Both the position numbers and the translations under genes were made by a program. Source: Minisyncoccota bacterium (lineage in GTDB: Bacteria; Patescibacteriota; Minisyncoccia; UBA6257; UBA9933). From it: a stretch of DNA of 64,000 bases. A model generated the notes under the pieces. It saw only the letters and a list, made by a program, of their open reading frames with translations. It had not been told where the DNA came from and ran no database searches. Of the stretch, positions 19,160 to 28,829 are shown one piece after another; the first letter of the stretch is position 1, and every line of letters begins with the position of its first letter. The stretch is taken from NCBI GenBank assembly GCA_041653755.1, contig JBAZEU010000003.1:18738-82737 (forward strand), written 5' to 3'.

Positions 19160-19939
19160 ATGCTTAATCTCATAAACACCATAATCCTCGGAATAGTTGA
19201 GGGTTTTACCGAATTTTTACCCATATCTTCAACAGCCCACCTCACCCTTGCGTCTAATCTTCTTCATATAATACAAAGCGACTATATGAAGAGTTTTGAA
19301 ATTATTATTCAGGCAGGGGCAATTTTAGCGGTTGTATGTTTGTATTGGAAAAAACTTTTTAACTGGGAAATTTTTAAAAGAATCATCATAGCTTTCATAC
19401 CAACGGGCATACTCGGATTAATTTTTTACAAAGTAATAAAACATTATCTTCTCGGCAACACCAATGTCATCCTTTGGGCTTTATTTTTAGGAGGTATTTT
19501 GATTATTCTGTTTGAAAAATTACGAAGAAGCGCTGTCAGCGATAAAGAGATAACCGATATATCTTATAAACAATGTCTTGGTTTAGGACTTTTCCAATCA
19601 ATCGCAATGGTTCCGGGCGTTTCCAGATCAGCTGCGACAATAATCGGCGGCATGCTAATGGGGCTTAAGAGGGAAGTCATCGTTGAATTTTCTTTCCTTC
19701 TGGCTGTACCGACAATGATTGCTGCCACCGGACTCGACCTTGTAAAAAATGTCGGAAATTTTTCTCTGTCTCAAATACACTTTCTGCTTATCGGTTTTAT
19801 CGTATCTTTCATCATGGCGGTTATAAGCATCAAGTTCTTGTTAAATTATATAAGAAAACACACTTTTACAGTTTTCGGTGCATACAGAATTATCATAGCT
19901 ATAGTGTTCTTTATCGTTCTTACGCTTCAAATTAAGTAG
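19160..19939 (+). CDS. uppP: Undecaprenyl-diphosphatase
   Basis: EGFTEFLPISSTAH, PGVSRSAAT. Confidence 0.95.
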   Translation: MLNLINTIILGIVEGFTEFLPISSTAHLTLASNLLHIIQSDYMKSFEIIIQAGAILAVVCLYWKKLFNWEIFKRIIIAFIPTGILGLIFYKVIKHYLLGNTNVILWALFLGGILIILFEKLRRSAVSDKEITDISYKQCLGLGLFQSIAMVPGVSRSAATIIGGMLMGLKREVIVEFSFLLAVPTMIAATGLDLVKNVGNFSLSQIHFLLIGFIVSFIMAVISIKFLLNYIRKHTFTVFGAYRIIIAIVFFIVLTLQIK

Positions 19940-19951
19940 AAAATAATTATT

Positions 19952-20950
19952 TTGGACTTTGAATTATTAGAAAAACTTCTCGAAGAAGAGCCAAAATACC
20001 GCTTAAATCAAGCAAAAAAAGCGGTTTTTTGCGATTTAATAGAAGATTGGCACGAAGTAAAAGCACTGCCAAAAAAGTTGATGGAAAAATTATCCGAAAA
20101 CTTTTCTCTTGAAATAAAAAGCGAAATATTCAAAGCCGCTAACGGAAAAACCGCTAAAGCTTTACTAACTCTAAGTGACGGGCTACAAACAGAAACTGTT
20201 TTAATGGAACATGAAAAAGACAGAAACACCGTCTGTGTTTCTTCTGCGGTTGGCTGTCCGATGGGCTGTAAATTCTGCGCCACAGGAAAAATGGGCTTTA
20301 AAAGAAATCTTACGAAAGGAGAAATTCTGACTCAACTTTTAGTTTTTGCCAGATATTTAAAATCACAAGGTAAAAAAATCTCCAATGTAGTGTTTATGGG
20401 AATGGGGGAGCCGTTTATTAATTACGATAATGTATTATCCGCTATTAAAATCATTAATGATAAAAATGGTTTTGGCATTGGCGCCCGTAAAATTTCAATA
20501 TCAACCTCTGGCGTAATTGAAGGAATAAACAAACTCGCGGAAGAAAAGTTACAAATTAATCTTGCGATATCGTTGCACGCTCCAAATAATCAATTGCGTT
20601 CAGAAATAATGCCCATTAATAATAGATATCCATTAGAAAAAGTATTGGAGGCAGTTGATAGCTACATAAACAAAACTTCCCGAAAAGTTATGTTCGAATA
20701 TCTGTTGTTAAAAGACGTAAATGATTCCGAGATATATGCCGAACAACTAGCAAATATTATGGACAGACCGCTTTATATGGTGAACTTGATAAAATATAAT
20801 CCGACTGGAACTTTCTATTCTTCTGACACAAAGACCATTCAAAAATTCAAAAATATTCTTGAAAGTAGGGGAGTAGAAGTTACTCAACGCTATAGCTTCG
20901 GCACAGATATTAACGCCGCCTGCGGCCAGTTAGCAACCGATAAAGCTTGA
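19952..20950 (+). CDS. rlmN: Dual-specificity RNA methyltransferase RlmN
   Basis: CPMGCKFC radical-SAM motif, FMGMGEP, ISLHAP, AACGQL. Confidence 0.93.
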   Translation: MDFELLEKLLEEEPKYRLNQAKKAVFCDLIEDWHEVKALPKKLMEKLSENFSLEIKSEIFKAANGKTAKALLTLSDGLQTETVLMEHEKDRNTVCVSSAVGCPMGCKFCATGKMGFKRNLTKGEILTQLLVFARYLKSQGKKISNVVFMGMGEPFINYDNVLSAIKIINDKNGFGIGARKISISTSGVIEGINKLAEEKLQINLAISLHAPNNQLRSEIMPINNRYPLEKVLEAVDSYINKTSRKVMFEYLLLKDVNDSEIYAEQLANIMDRPLYMVNLIKYNPTGTFYSSDTKTIQKFKNILESRGVEVTQRYSFGTDINAACGQLATDKA

Positions 20951-20982
20951 AATATCTCGTTAAATCGCTAAGATATGAGTAT

Positions 20983-21021
20983 TGCCGGATCGCCTGCCTG
21001 CCGGAAGGCAGGTCTAATGGT
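20983..21021 (+). pseudogene. Decayed tRNA-Gln 5' fragment interrupted by 20-bp palindrome
   Basis: Removing 20993-21012 gives TGCCGGATCGTCTAATGGT, compare TGGGGGATCGTCTAATGGT of the tRNA-Gln at 47584. Confidence 0.75.
20993..21012. repeat. Palindromic element, one mismatch
   Basis: cctgcctgccggaaggcagg. Confidence 0.9.
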
Positions 21022-21057
21022 TGCGTCAAATTTAAATAGAGGTTTTCTCTTTAGAAC

Positions 21058-21128
21058 TGCGGGATCATCTAGTGGTAGGATGCGACTCTCTGGAAGTCGT
21101 CACCTTGGTTCGAATCCAAGTCCCGCAG
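21058..21128 (+). tRNA. tRNA-Gln(CTG)
   Basis: TGCGGGA/TCCCGCA acceptor, cgact-ctCTGga-agtcg, GGTTCGAATCC, G73; CCA not encoded. Confidence 0.93.
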
Positions 21129-21157
21129 TTCTGCAGAGAAATAAATTTAGTGGGGTG

Positions 21158-21231
21158 GGTCGGACACATAAATCGTAATCTTGGGGAGTTTATCCCGAGC
21201 AAAATCGAGGGAAATCCAGGTCCCGCAGCCA
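21158..21231 (+). pseudogene. Decayed tRNA-Gln 3' fragment with REP-like insertion in the T-loop
   Basis: ggtcggacac..taatcttgg[ggagtttatcccgagcaaaatcgaggga]aatccaggtcccgcagcca; last 16 nt before CCA match the intact tRNA 3' end at 15/16. Confidence 0.7.
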
Positions 21232-21272
21232 ATTAGTGCACGGCTCTGAGTGACCAAAATGCTTTAAATATT

Positions 21273-22061
21273 ATGAATCAAAAACAGTTTGAAATTTGGG
21301 AAAAACAGAAATGGCGTGAATATAGAATAGATCTCGATAAATTACAAAATGATTTAGCGGGGCGTGGTTTAGCGTATTCGGGAATTCGTATAAAGGAAGA
21401 AGATGATTTAAAAGCAAAATATGAAAGCGAAATCGAAATTAAGCGTTTAGAAATTAAAGAAAAAAAACAAAAAAATAACGGAGGAATGATTGGCATTTTA
21501 AATAAAGGTAGAAACAATACCTTTATAGGTAATACTTTTCAAAATCTTGCTGTTGGAATACAAGACGAGGGTGAGGGTACGATGGCGCAGAGTAATGTCT
21601 TTTTATCTTCCAATGAGAACAACAACCTATACGCAGAAGTTTTAGAATGGGCATCTAGTAAATTTAAATTTAGTGAGCAAGAGTTGTTTAATGAATTTCC
21701 GCAACTAAGCGATTCGGTTTTGAAAAACTGGTATTCAAACATTTTTAGAGGAGCTACCAATAACGATGAATGTTTAATCGGTGCTTATAATGACAAGAAC
21801 GGCTCTTTTTATTATTCATTAACAGCAAAAGGAAAATCTGCTTATTCACTTTCAAAACAAAGTCCAAAATTAAATATAGAAAAAATAGAATTGGTTGGGA
21901 GAGATAAAATAGAACAACACGAAGAGAATAGTAAGGTTGAAATAAATAATAGACAAGGAAAAGAAAGTTTTTGGAGTAATTTTTTTTGGTATTTTATTAT
22001 TGCGCTATTGGTTGTAGTAATAGGCGGACTTATACTTCATTATGGTTTTGATATAAAATAA
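21273..22061 (+). CDS. Hypothetical protein with C-terminal TM helix
   Basis: 262-aa ORF; no family recognised. Confidence 0.7.
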   Translation: MNQKQFEIWEKQKWREYRIDLDKLQNDLAGRGLAYSGIRIKEEDDLKAKYESEIEIKRLEIKEKKQKNNGGMIGILNKGRNNTFIGNTFQNLAVGIQDEGEGTMAQSNVFLSSNENNNLYAEVLEWASSKFKFSEQELFNEFPQLSDSVLKNWYSNIFRGATNNDECLIGAYNDKNGSFYYSLTAKGKSAYSLSKQSPKLNIEKIELVGRDKIEQHEENSKVEINNRQGKESFWSNFFWYFIIALLVVVIGGLILHYGFDIK

Positions 22062-22076
22062 TCCTGACAAAGAAAT

Positions 22077-22658
22077 ATGCCTAAAATAATCTTAGCTACA
22101 ACTTCTCCATATCGTAAAGAAGCCTTCGCTTTTTTAGGAATCCCCTTTGAGACAGAAGGAAGCGATGTGGACGAATCCCAAATAGAAAGAAACAACCCAG
22201 AAGAGTTGGTAAGGAAATTATCTCAGTCAAAGGCAGAGGCAGTCGCTAAAAGTCATAAAGACGCTATCGTAATCGGAATGGATTGTGTCAATTATTTTAA
22301 CGGCCAGATCCTAGGAAAACCGCAATCAAAAGAAGAAGCATCCCAAAGGTTAAAATCTTTTTCTGGAAAAAATAATCAATTTTATACAGGAATCTTCATG
22401 ATTAACACTACTTCTAATAAGAAGATTTCAAGTATCGTAAAAACCGAAATATTTATGCGAGAACTTTCTGAAACGGAGATCAATAAATATCTCAACGAAG
22501 ATCCAAATTTCAATACTTATTCTCCGGGATACGATCCGCTCGGGCATTCCAGTTCAGCATTCGTTAAACGAATAGAAGGAAGCTATAACAATTTCACTAG
22601 GGGCATTCCTTTAGAAGAAGTAGTTGAGATGCTACACGAAATAGGTTACAAAAAATAA
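22077..22658 (+). CDS. maf: Maf family nucleotide pyrophosphatase
   Basis: ILATTSPYR, SDVDE, KAEAV, ILGKP. Confidence 0.88.
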   Translation: MPKIILATTSPYRKEAFAFLGIPFETEGSDVDESQIERNNPEELVRKLSQSKAEAVAKSHKDAIVIGMDCVNYFNGQILGKPQSKEEASQRLKSFSGKNNQFYTGIFMINTTSNKKISSIVKTEIFMRELSETEINKYLNEDPNFNTYSPGYDPLGHSSSAFVKRIEGSYNNFTRGIPLEEVVEMLHEIGYKK

Positions 22659-22667
22659 CAGCATTAT

Positions 22668-22928
22668 ATGTATTACGTCTATCTAATCCAATGCGAAGAC
22701 AAAAGTTTATATACCGGGATCACTAATGATTTAGATAGAAGATTTAAAGAGCACAAGGATAAAATCGGTGGGCATTACACAAGTTCTCATAAAGTAGAAA
22801 AAATTGTCCATATAGAAACATTCAAGACAAAAAGCGAAGCGTTAAAGAGAGAAATTGAGATTAAAAATTGGAAACGCAATAAAAAACTGGCTTTGATTAA
22901 CTCTAATAAAAAGCCTAAAAATCGCTAA
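22668..22928 (+). CDS. Stand-alone GIY-YIG nuclease
   Basis: YYVY..LYTGITNDLDRRFKEH, ALKREIEIK. Confidence 0.92.
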   Translation: MYYVYLIQCEDKSLYTGITNDLDRRFKEHKDKIGGHYTSSHKVEKIVHIETFKTKSEALKREIEIKNWKRNKKLALINSNKKPKNR

Positions 22929-22942
22929 AATAGCGATTTTTT

Positions 22943-22966
22943 GCTTGCCCTGAGCTCGTCGAAGGG
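22943..22966. repeat. REP-like repeat
   Basis: gcttgccctgagctcgtcgaaggg, similar in layout to gagtttatcccgagcaaaatcgaggg at 21186. Confidence 0.6.
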
Positions 22967-22978
22967 TTAAGATAAGGC

Positions 22979-23977
22979 ATGCTTGTTGATGACATTACAA
23001 TAAAAGTTTCTGCTGGAAATGGCGGAAAAGGAGCTGTAGCTTTTAATAAAAATCTAAAAAGCTTAGGGCCTGTGGGCGGAAGCGGTGGTCATGGCGGAAG
23101 CGTTTACGCCGAGGGTTCTTCCAATTTGAATGCTTTGGGCCAATTTCGGTTTAAAAAGGTGCTTGTGGCAGAAAACGGGATGGACGGCAGAGGACAATTC
23201 ATGGACGGTCACGACGGTAAGGACTTAATTCTAAAAGTTCCCGTAGGCACTATCATCCATAATCTCAGCTTAAAAAACGAAGCAGAAATCACGAAAATCG
23301 GCGAGCGTGTCCTTTTGGCCAAAGGAGGCAAAGGAGGCAAAGGAAACTTTCATTTCCGATCTTCAAAAAATACTTCACCTAAGCAATCTCAACCGGGACT
23401 GCCGGGAGAAAATTTTGATCTTCGGTTAGAATTAAAATTTATTGCCGATATTGGTTTTATAGGACTTCCGAATGTAGGAAAATCCAGCTTATTAAACGAA
23501 CTCACAAATTCCAAAAGCAAAGTCGCGAATTACCAATTTACCACTCTTGAGCCGAATTTAGGAATCTACTACGAATTAATTCTTGCTGATATTCCTGGGC
23601 TAATCGAAAATTCATCGCAAGGGAAAGGGTTGGGAATAAAATTCTTGCGTCACATCGAGCGAACCCGTATTCTTTTCCATTTTATTTCAGCTGAATCAAT
23701 CGATCCCAAAAATGATTACGAAATAATCCGTAAAGAGTTAGGCGCTTACAACAAAACTCTTCTTCAAAAACCAGAATATCTATTTCTTACTAAAAGCGAC
23801 CTATTAACGCCAGAAGAGCTCAAGAAAAAATTATCAATATTATCCGCCCTAGGCGGATCCGCCTCGGGCGGAAAAAAGATAAACTCGAACGCAATCGTAA
23901 TTTCAATTCTCGACCCGGACAGTTTAAAGAACGTAAAAGATATTCTTAACAAGATTAAACTGGAAAAATCGAAATAG
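22979..23977 (+). CDS. obg: GTPase Obg/CgtA
   Basis: Gly-rich Obg fold, GLPNVGKS, FTTLEP, DIPG, FLRHIER. Confidence 0.96.
   Translation: MLVDDITIKVSAGNGGKGAVAFNKNLKSLGPVGGSGGHGGSVYAEGSSNLNALGQFRFKKVLVAENGMDGRGQFMDGHDGKDLILKVPVGTIIHNLSLKNEAEITKIGERVLLAKGGKGGKGNFHFRSSKNTSPKQSQPGLPGENFDLRLELKFIADIGFIGLPNVGKSSLLNELTNSKSKVANYQFTTLEPNLGIYYELILADIPGLIENSSQGKGLGIKFLRHIERTRILFHFISAESIDPKNDYEIIRKELGAYNKTLLQKPEYLFLTKSDLLTPEELKKKLSILSALGGSASGGKKINSNAIVISILDPDSLKNVKDILNKIKLEKSK
23843..23872. repeat. Tandem double hairpin, 30 bp, in frame in obg
   Basis: tccgcc-cta-ggcgga tccgcc-tcg-ggcgga encodes SALGGSASGG. Confidence 0.88.
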
Positions 23978-24063
23978 CTTGACATATCGCATGAATTAGT
24001 AATATAATGGTCTTGTATTAACTAGGGGACTTAGTCGGGTTTCTAAAAAATAACAATAAAACA

Positions 24064-24261
24064 ATGGAAGGAACAATTAAAACTCTTACAGAAAAAGGTT
24101 TTGGATTTATCACTATTGATGGTGAAGACAAGGATCTATTCTTTCACGGCAATGACCTTAAGGAAGTAGCCTATGCAGATTTGAAAGTAGGCGACAAGGT
24201 ATCTTTCGAGAAAGCTGATTCCGAGAAAGGACCAAAGGCAGTGAACGTAACCAGAAACTAA
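24064..24261 (+). CDS. Cold-shock protein
   Basis: KGFGFI, DLFFH, KGPKAVNV; TTGACA promoter at ~23979 and downstream terminator. Confidence 0.93.
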   Translation: MEGTIKTLTEKGFGFITIDGEDKDLFFHGNDLKEVAYADLKVGDKVSFEKADSEKGPKAVNVTRN

Positions 24262-24277
24262 AGTAAGATTCAGTTAA

Positions 24278-24314
24278 AAAAACCACCTCGCTTAACGGGG
24301 TGGTTTTTAGTTTT
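24278..24314 (+). terminator. Intrinsic terminator
   Basis: aaaaaccacctcg..cggggtggttttt. Confidence 0.75.
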
Positions 24315-24341
24315 GGGAATTTCGAGTAGAATAAAAACATA

Positions 24342-24863
24342 ATGAAAGGCATAACACTTATCGGTATGCCCGGGGCGGGCAAATCAACAATCGGAAAACT
24401 ATTGGCAAAACATTTAAGATTTAAGTTCCTTGACCTTGATATTTTAATCAACCAAAAAGAGGGGATTGATATTGACGAAATCCTGCAAAACAAAGGAGAT
24501 GAAGAAATTTTACGCTTAGAAACAGATTATACTCTTCAACAAAATCTTTCAGACACGGTATTTTCTCCGGGCGGCTCTATAATTTATTCGCCTCAAGCTA
24601 TGGAAAAAATAAAGCAAGAAACAACCGTTATTTATTTAGAAACGCCCCTCAAAGAAATTAGGAAACGTCTGAATGGAAAAATAAAAAGGCAAAACACGAT
24701 AGTTGGCCTCAGAGAAAAAGGAATTGATAAATTGTACGAAGAAAGAATTCCTTTATATAAATCTTATGCCGATAGTACCGTCAATTGTTGCCAGTCAAAT
24801 CGGTGTTTAAATTCAAAAATAATCGTAGCAAATATTCTTCAAACAATAGGTCAAAAAAGATAA
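24342..24863 (+). CDS. Shikimate kinase-like P-loop kinase
   Basis: LIGMPGAGKST, DLD, SPGGS, ERIPLY. Confidence 0.8.
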   Translation: MKGITLIGMPGAGKSTIGKLLAKHLRFKFLDLDILINQKEGIDIDEILQNKGDEEILRLETDYTLQQNLSDTVFSPGGSIIYSPQAMEKIKQETTVIYLETPLKEIRKRLNGKIKRQNTIVGLREKGIDKLYEERIPLYKSYADSTVNCCQSNRCLNSKIIVANILQTIGQKR

Positions 24864-24866
24864 TTT

Positions 24867-25712
24867 CTACAGAACAATCGAATTTTCTACCGGTTTTTTG
24901 CCTTCGGTTTGAGTTTTCGTAATTATAACTTTGTCGTCAGAAATCTTTGCCTCCAATAGTTTAACTCTTTTACCATCGATAAAAGTAAAAACACCGGGTT
25001 CGGGATTCAACGCCCGAATTTTTCTTTCGATCAATAGGGGATCGTCTTTTAGGTCAACTCGTCCATTTTCAGTAATAAATTTCTTGGTATAAGTAGCTTT
25101 ATCTTCGTCTTGAACAACTGGTTTTATTGCGTTATTTAAAAACTTCGGCAAGGTTTCAATTAATAAATCCGCTCCTAAATCAGCTAATTTTTGTTGTAAA
25201 ATTCTGCATTCTGCCTGCCTGCCGGTAGGCAAGGCATTCTTAATTTTTAATTCCCGTTTTGCCAAAACGGGCCCGTGATCCATTTTTTCATCAACCGAAT
25301 ACAAACTAACGCCAGTTTCTTCATCGCCGTTTAAAATAGCGGTTTGAATAGGGGAGGAACCGCGATATTTCGGCAAGAGCGATGGATGAACACCAATCGT
25401 CCCAAGCCGAGGAATTTCTAAAATTTCTTTTGGGATAATCTGCGAATACGCCGCTACAATAAATAAATCAGGCTGCAATCTTGAAACTTGAATCTTGAAA
25501 CTTGGATCAAAAGTTTCTGGTTGCAAAATTTGTATGTTCCATGATTTATGTTTCATGATCAATGATTTTGTTGGCGGGGGAGTGATAATCTTTTTTCTCC
25601 CAACCGGTCTGTCAGGATTACAAACAACCGTCTCCGGCATAAAACCAGCCTTAATCAATTTTTCTAGAATTATCGCCGCAAAATCCGGCGTCCCCCAAAA
25701 TAAGTACTTCAT
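24867..25712 (-). CDS. fmt: Methionyl-tRNA formyltransferase
   Basis: GTPDFA, PDRPVGR, HPSLLPKYRG, MDHGP. Confidence 0.95.
   Translation of the reverse strand: MKYLFWGTPDFAAIILEKLIKAGFMPETVVCNPDRPVGRKKIITPPPTKSLIMKHKSWNIQILQPETFDPSFKIQVSRLQPDLFIVAAYSQIIPKEILEIPRLGTIGVHPSLLPKYRGSSPIQTAILNGDEETGVSLYSVDEKMDHGPVLAKRELKIKNALPTGRQAECRILQQKLADLGADLLIETLPKFLNNAIKPVVQDEDKATYTKKFITENGRVDLKDDPLLIERKIRALNPEPGVFTFIDGKRVKLLEAKISDDKVIITKTQTEGKKPVENSIVL
25214..25234. repeat. Palindromic element in frame in fmt
   Basis: cctgcctgccggtaggcaagg (LPTGRQ), flanked by a gcattct direct repeat at 25206-25212 and 25234-25240. Confidence 0.85.
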
Positions 25713-25716
25713 ATCG

Positions 25717-26223
25717 TTATATTTTTGTTGTTTGCTCTGGCGTATCCTTAAAAACTTCTTTCGCTTTATCTATGAAAATAATACCGTTCAAATGATCTGT
25801 CTCATGCTGAAAAACCCGCGCTAATATTCCCCAGGCCTTAATTTTTATTCTCTTCCCGTTTTTATCCAACCCAATAAGCGTGATTTTTTCTGGCCTTTCT
25901 ACGATTCCTAACAGCCCCGGCACACTTAAACAACCTTCCATCAAAGAAGTTCTTTCTTTCGACGGCTTGGTAATTTCCGGGTTGAAAATAGCATAAGACT
26001 TTATTTGGCCGTCACTTGACGGCACCCGACCAACAAAAACTCTACAACTTAAACCAAGCTGATTTGCGCTAAGCCCGATACCTTCGGCTTCTTTCATTTT
26101 TTCTTTCATCGTCTTCAATAAATCGTTTACTTCTTTCTTGGAATGTTTTTTGAAGTCAAAAACCGACACTCGCTGCCTTAAAAATCTTTCTTCTCTTTTA
26201 TTATTGATTATATAGATATTCAT
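25717..26223 (-). CDS. def: Peptide deformylase
   Basis: GIGLSANQ, EGCLS, QHETDH. Confidence 0.96.
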   Translation of the reverse strand: MNIYIINNKREERFLRQRVSVFDFKKHSKKEVNDLLKTMKEKMKEAEGIGLSANQLGLSCRVFVGRVPSSDGQIKSYAIFNPEITKPSKERTSLMEGCLSVPGLLGIVERPEKITLIGLDKNGKRIKIKAWGILARVFQHETDHLNGIIFIDKAKEVFKDTPEQTTKI

Positions 26224-26489
26224 TTCTTTTTGGATTTTTCTGTTCTCATAAGTATCGCCGTAAAATACGCTCCTTTGTTTTCGATGTTTTTTCTTTCGGA
26301 AATATCTTTCGCCAAAGAAATCAACTTACCGTCATTATGCTGTTGGGCTAATTTAATATAAAACGATTTATGTTTTTCATCATTTAAAAGCCGAGCAATC
26401 GCCAAACCAGTTAATTGAAATTTCTTATACACATGGCTTGTTTTTGATCGTTCTTTTAAAAGTTTTAGATATTCTTTGTTATTTAACAT
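26220..26489 (-). CDS. Hypothetical basic protein
   Basis: Overlaps its neighbours in the nudix-def-fmt operon. Confidence 0.7.
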   Translation of the reverse strand: MLNNKEYLKLLKERSKTSHVYKKFQLTGLAIARLLNDEKHKSFYIKLAQQHNDGKLISLAKDISERKNIENKGAYFTAILMRTEKSKKK

Positions 26490-26925
26490 TTTCTAAAAAA
26501 GAGTTAGCGAATTTCATAAGCTTCTTGCTATTGTCATAAGTTAATAATTTTATCGCTTTCTTAAAGTCAACCCATTGATATTTATCATGCTCATCGTTCA
26601 ACTTAACTTTTCCGGAAATTTCGCAAACGTAACAAGCTGATATCTGGCCTTTTTTCTGGAAAACCGCCCTATGTTTTTCTGGATAATCAAATTTATCCTC
26701 AAACGGCAATTTTTTTATGTTTTTCGGCTTGCAACCAAGCTCTTCTCTGATCTCTCTTTTTAAAGCGCCGATATAGCTTTCGTTTGAAAACATTCCACCC
26801 TTTAACAATTCAAAGCCCTTCCATCGTTTTATACGATGCAAAACGAGAAATAAACGCCCTTTTTTGCTGTTTTTATAAATAACTGCTTTTATCCCTCTTC
26901 TGTATTTTTTGTATGTTTTCAGCAT
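26479..26925 (-). CDS. NUDIX hydrolase
   Basis: GG..ESY..ALKREIREELG Nudix box; EH..YQW. Confidence 0.88.
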   Translation of the reverse strand: MLKTYKKYRRGIKAVIYKNSKKGRLFLVLHRIKRWKGFELLKGGMFSNESYIGALKREIREELGCKPKNIKKLPFEDKFDYPEKHRAVFQKKGQISACYVCEISGKVKLNDEHDKYQWVDFKKAIKLLTYDNSKKLMKFANSFLENVK

Positions 26926-26945
26926 TTTGATACACTAAATATACC

Positions 26946-27524
26946 ATGAAACGCCTTTTTATCGCCATTAATCCGCCGAAAGAAATAAAATACCAAATTG
27001 ATGCCATTTGCGAAGATTTAAAGCCAAAATTTCCTGAAGCAAGGTTTATTCCAGCGGAGAATCTCCACATAACTCTAACTTTTTTAGGCGACCAGTCGGA
27101 CGAATCAATCGGCCCAATTTTAGAATCTATAAAGAAAACTATTTTTGCCGTAGAACCATTGCAAATTGAGCTTGAAAATAGTATTTTTGCTTCGCCAAAG
27201 AAACCAGCAAATAAAATTTGGTTAATGGCCACCGAACAAACATCTAAAAAATTAAAAGAATTAAAAGATAAATTAGATAATGAACTCATAAAGAATTCTA
27301 TTCGATTCAATGCAGAGAATTGGGGGTTCAATGCGCATATCACTCTGGCGCGTTCTCACCAAAACACGGATATAAAAGGACTATCCGCTGAATCAAACAA
27401 AGCAATATCTGAAGAAAGAATTAATTTCGAAGCCACATCAATAGATCTAATAGAATCTATGCTTTATGAATCCGGCGCCGAATACGAAATTTTAGAAAAA
27501 GTGGACTTCAAAAGGCCTAAATGA
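26946..27524 (+). CDS. thpR: RNA 2',3'-cyclic phosphodiesterase (2H family)
   Basis: RLFIAI start and two HITL motifs. Confidence 0.88.
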   Translation: MKRLFIAINPPKEIKYQIDAICEDLKPKFPEARFIPAENLHITLTFLGDQSDESIGPILESIKKTIFAVEPLQIELENSIFASPKKPANKIWLMATEQTSKKLKELKDKLDNELIKNSIRFNAENWGFNAHITLARSHQNTDIKGLSAESNKAISEERINFEATSIDLIESMLYESGAEYEILEKVDFKRPK

Positions 27525-27538
27525 TAAAATAAGCTCAA

Positions 27539-28801
27539 ATGCGTAAATTCATACAGAAAAATCTTCAGAGCATACTCACTATTATTTTTATCATTGTCAT
27601 TAGCGGCGCTAGTTTTTATTTTGGCTATAGAAAAGGTGTTCAGGTTCCTGCAACAACTACTATTCAGGGTGTTACTAATATCGACAAAGGCAAACCCCAA
27701 GGTGTTGATTTTTCTATTTTCTGGGAAACTTGGCAAAAATTAAAAGATAAATACGTTGATCAAAACATCGATGATCAAAAATTGGTTTATGGAGCAGTAA
27801 CCGGCTTAGTAAACAGTTTAGGTGATCCGCATACTAATTTTTTCCCGCCCACTGATGCCCAAAAATTCCAAGAAGACGTCAACGGCAGTTTTGGCGGCAT
27901 TGGCGCAGAAATTGATGTCCGCAACAACCAGCTTCAAATTGTTGCGCCGATGAAAGGTACGCCTGCCGAAAAAGCAGGACTTCGTTCTGGAGATAAAATC
28001 CTGAAAGTTGACGATCTTATCACTGACGGACTGACTACCGACGAAGCCGTTAAACATATCCGAGGCGAAGCAGGAACAAAAGTAACCTTAACGATAATGC
28101 GTGATGGCTGGTCAACATCAAAAGAAATCACTATAACCAGAGAAATTATAGAAGTACCGACTCTTGACTGGAAAATATTAGACAACAATATCGCTTACAT
28201 TCATCTTTACAATTTTTACCAAAATTCTCCTTCTAACTTCTATCAGGCAGCCGTTGAAATATACGCTAAAAATCCTAAGGCCATAATTTTTGACTTAAGA
28301 GACAATCCTGGCGGTTATCTAGAGGCAGCAACCAATATCAGCGGCTGGTTTCTGAACACTGGCGATTTAATTGTTTCAGAACAATTTCGTTCGGGTGAAA
28401 AGCAAGAATTCAAATCATCGGGCAATGGCGCGTTCAAAGACACGCCAATAGTGCTTTTAGTAAACGAGGGTTCGGCTTCAGCTTCAGAAATCTTAGCCGG
28501 CGCCTTAAGGGACGATAGAAAGATAGAGTTAGTCGGTACGAAAACCTTTGGTAAAGGAACCGTCCAAGAAGTAGTGGCTTTAACAGACGGATCTTCGTTA
28601 AAAGTAACCATTGCGCATTGGCTTTTGCCCAGCGGCCATGTAATCGAAAAAAATGGACTAACACCTGATTATGAGGTTAACTTAACCGAAGACGACATTA
28701 AAAATGGCAAAGATCCTCAACTCGATAAAGCAATCGAGGTAGCAAACAGCAAAATTCAAAACGGGTCATTTAAAACTCTTTTCGATTCAATAAAACTCTA
28801 A
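27539..28801 (+). CDS. ctpA: S41 C-terminal processing protease
   Basis: [26 protein letters not shown]. Confidence 0.93.
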   Translation: MRKFIQKNLQSILTIIFIIVISGASFYFGYRKGVQVPATTTIQGVTNIDKGKPQGVDFSIFWETWQKLKDKYVDQNIDDQKLVYGAVTGLVNSLGDPHTNFFPPTDAQKFQEDVNGSFGGIGAEIDVRNNQLQIVAPMKGTPAEKAGLRSGDKILKVDDLITDGLTTDEAVKHIRGEAGTKVTLTIMRDGWSTSKEITITREIIEVPTLDWKILDNNIAYIHLYNFYQNSPSNFYQAAVEIYAKNPKAIIFDLRDNPGGYLEAATNISGWFLNTGDLIVSEQFRSGEKQEFKSSGNGAFKDTPIVLLVNEGSASASEILAGALRDDRKIELVGTKTFGKGTVQEVVALTDGSSLKVTIAHWLLPSGHVIEKNGLTPDYEVNLTEDDIKNGKDPQLDKAIEVANSKIQNGSFKTLFDSIKL

Positions 28802-28829
28802 AAAATATAGAATTTGCCAATTATATATT

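Noticed and set aside
20975-21178. 67-aa ORF in the track
   Set aside because: It is a translation of the tRNA-Gln remnant, the palindrome and the intact tRNA.
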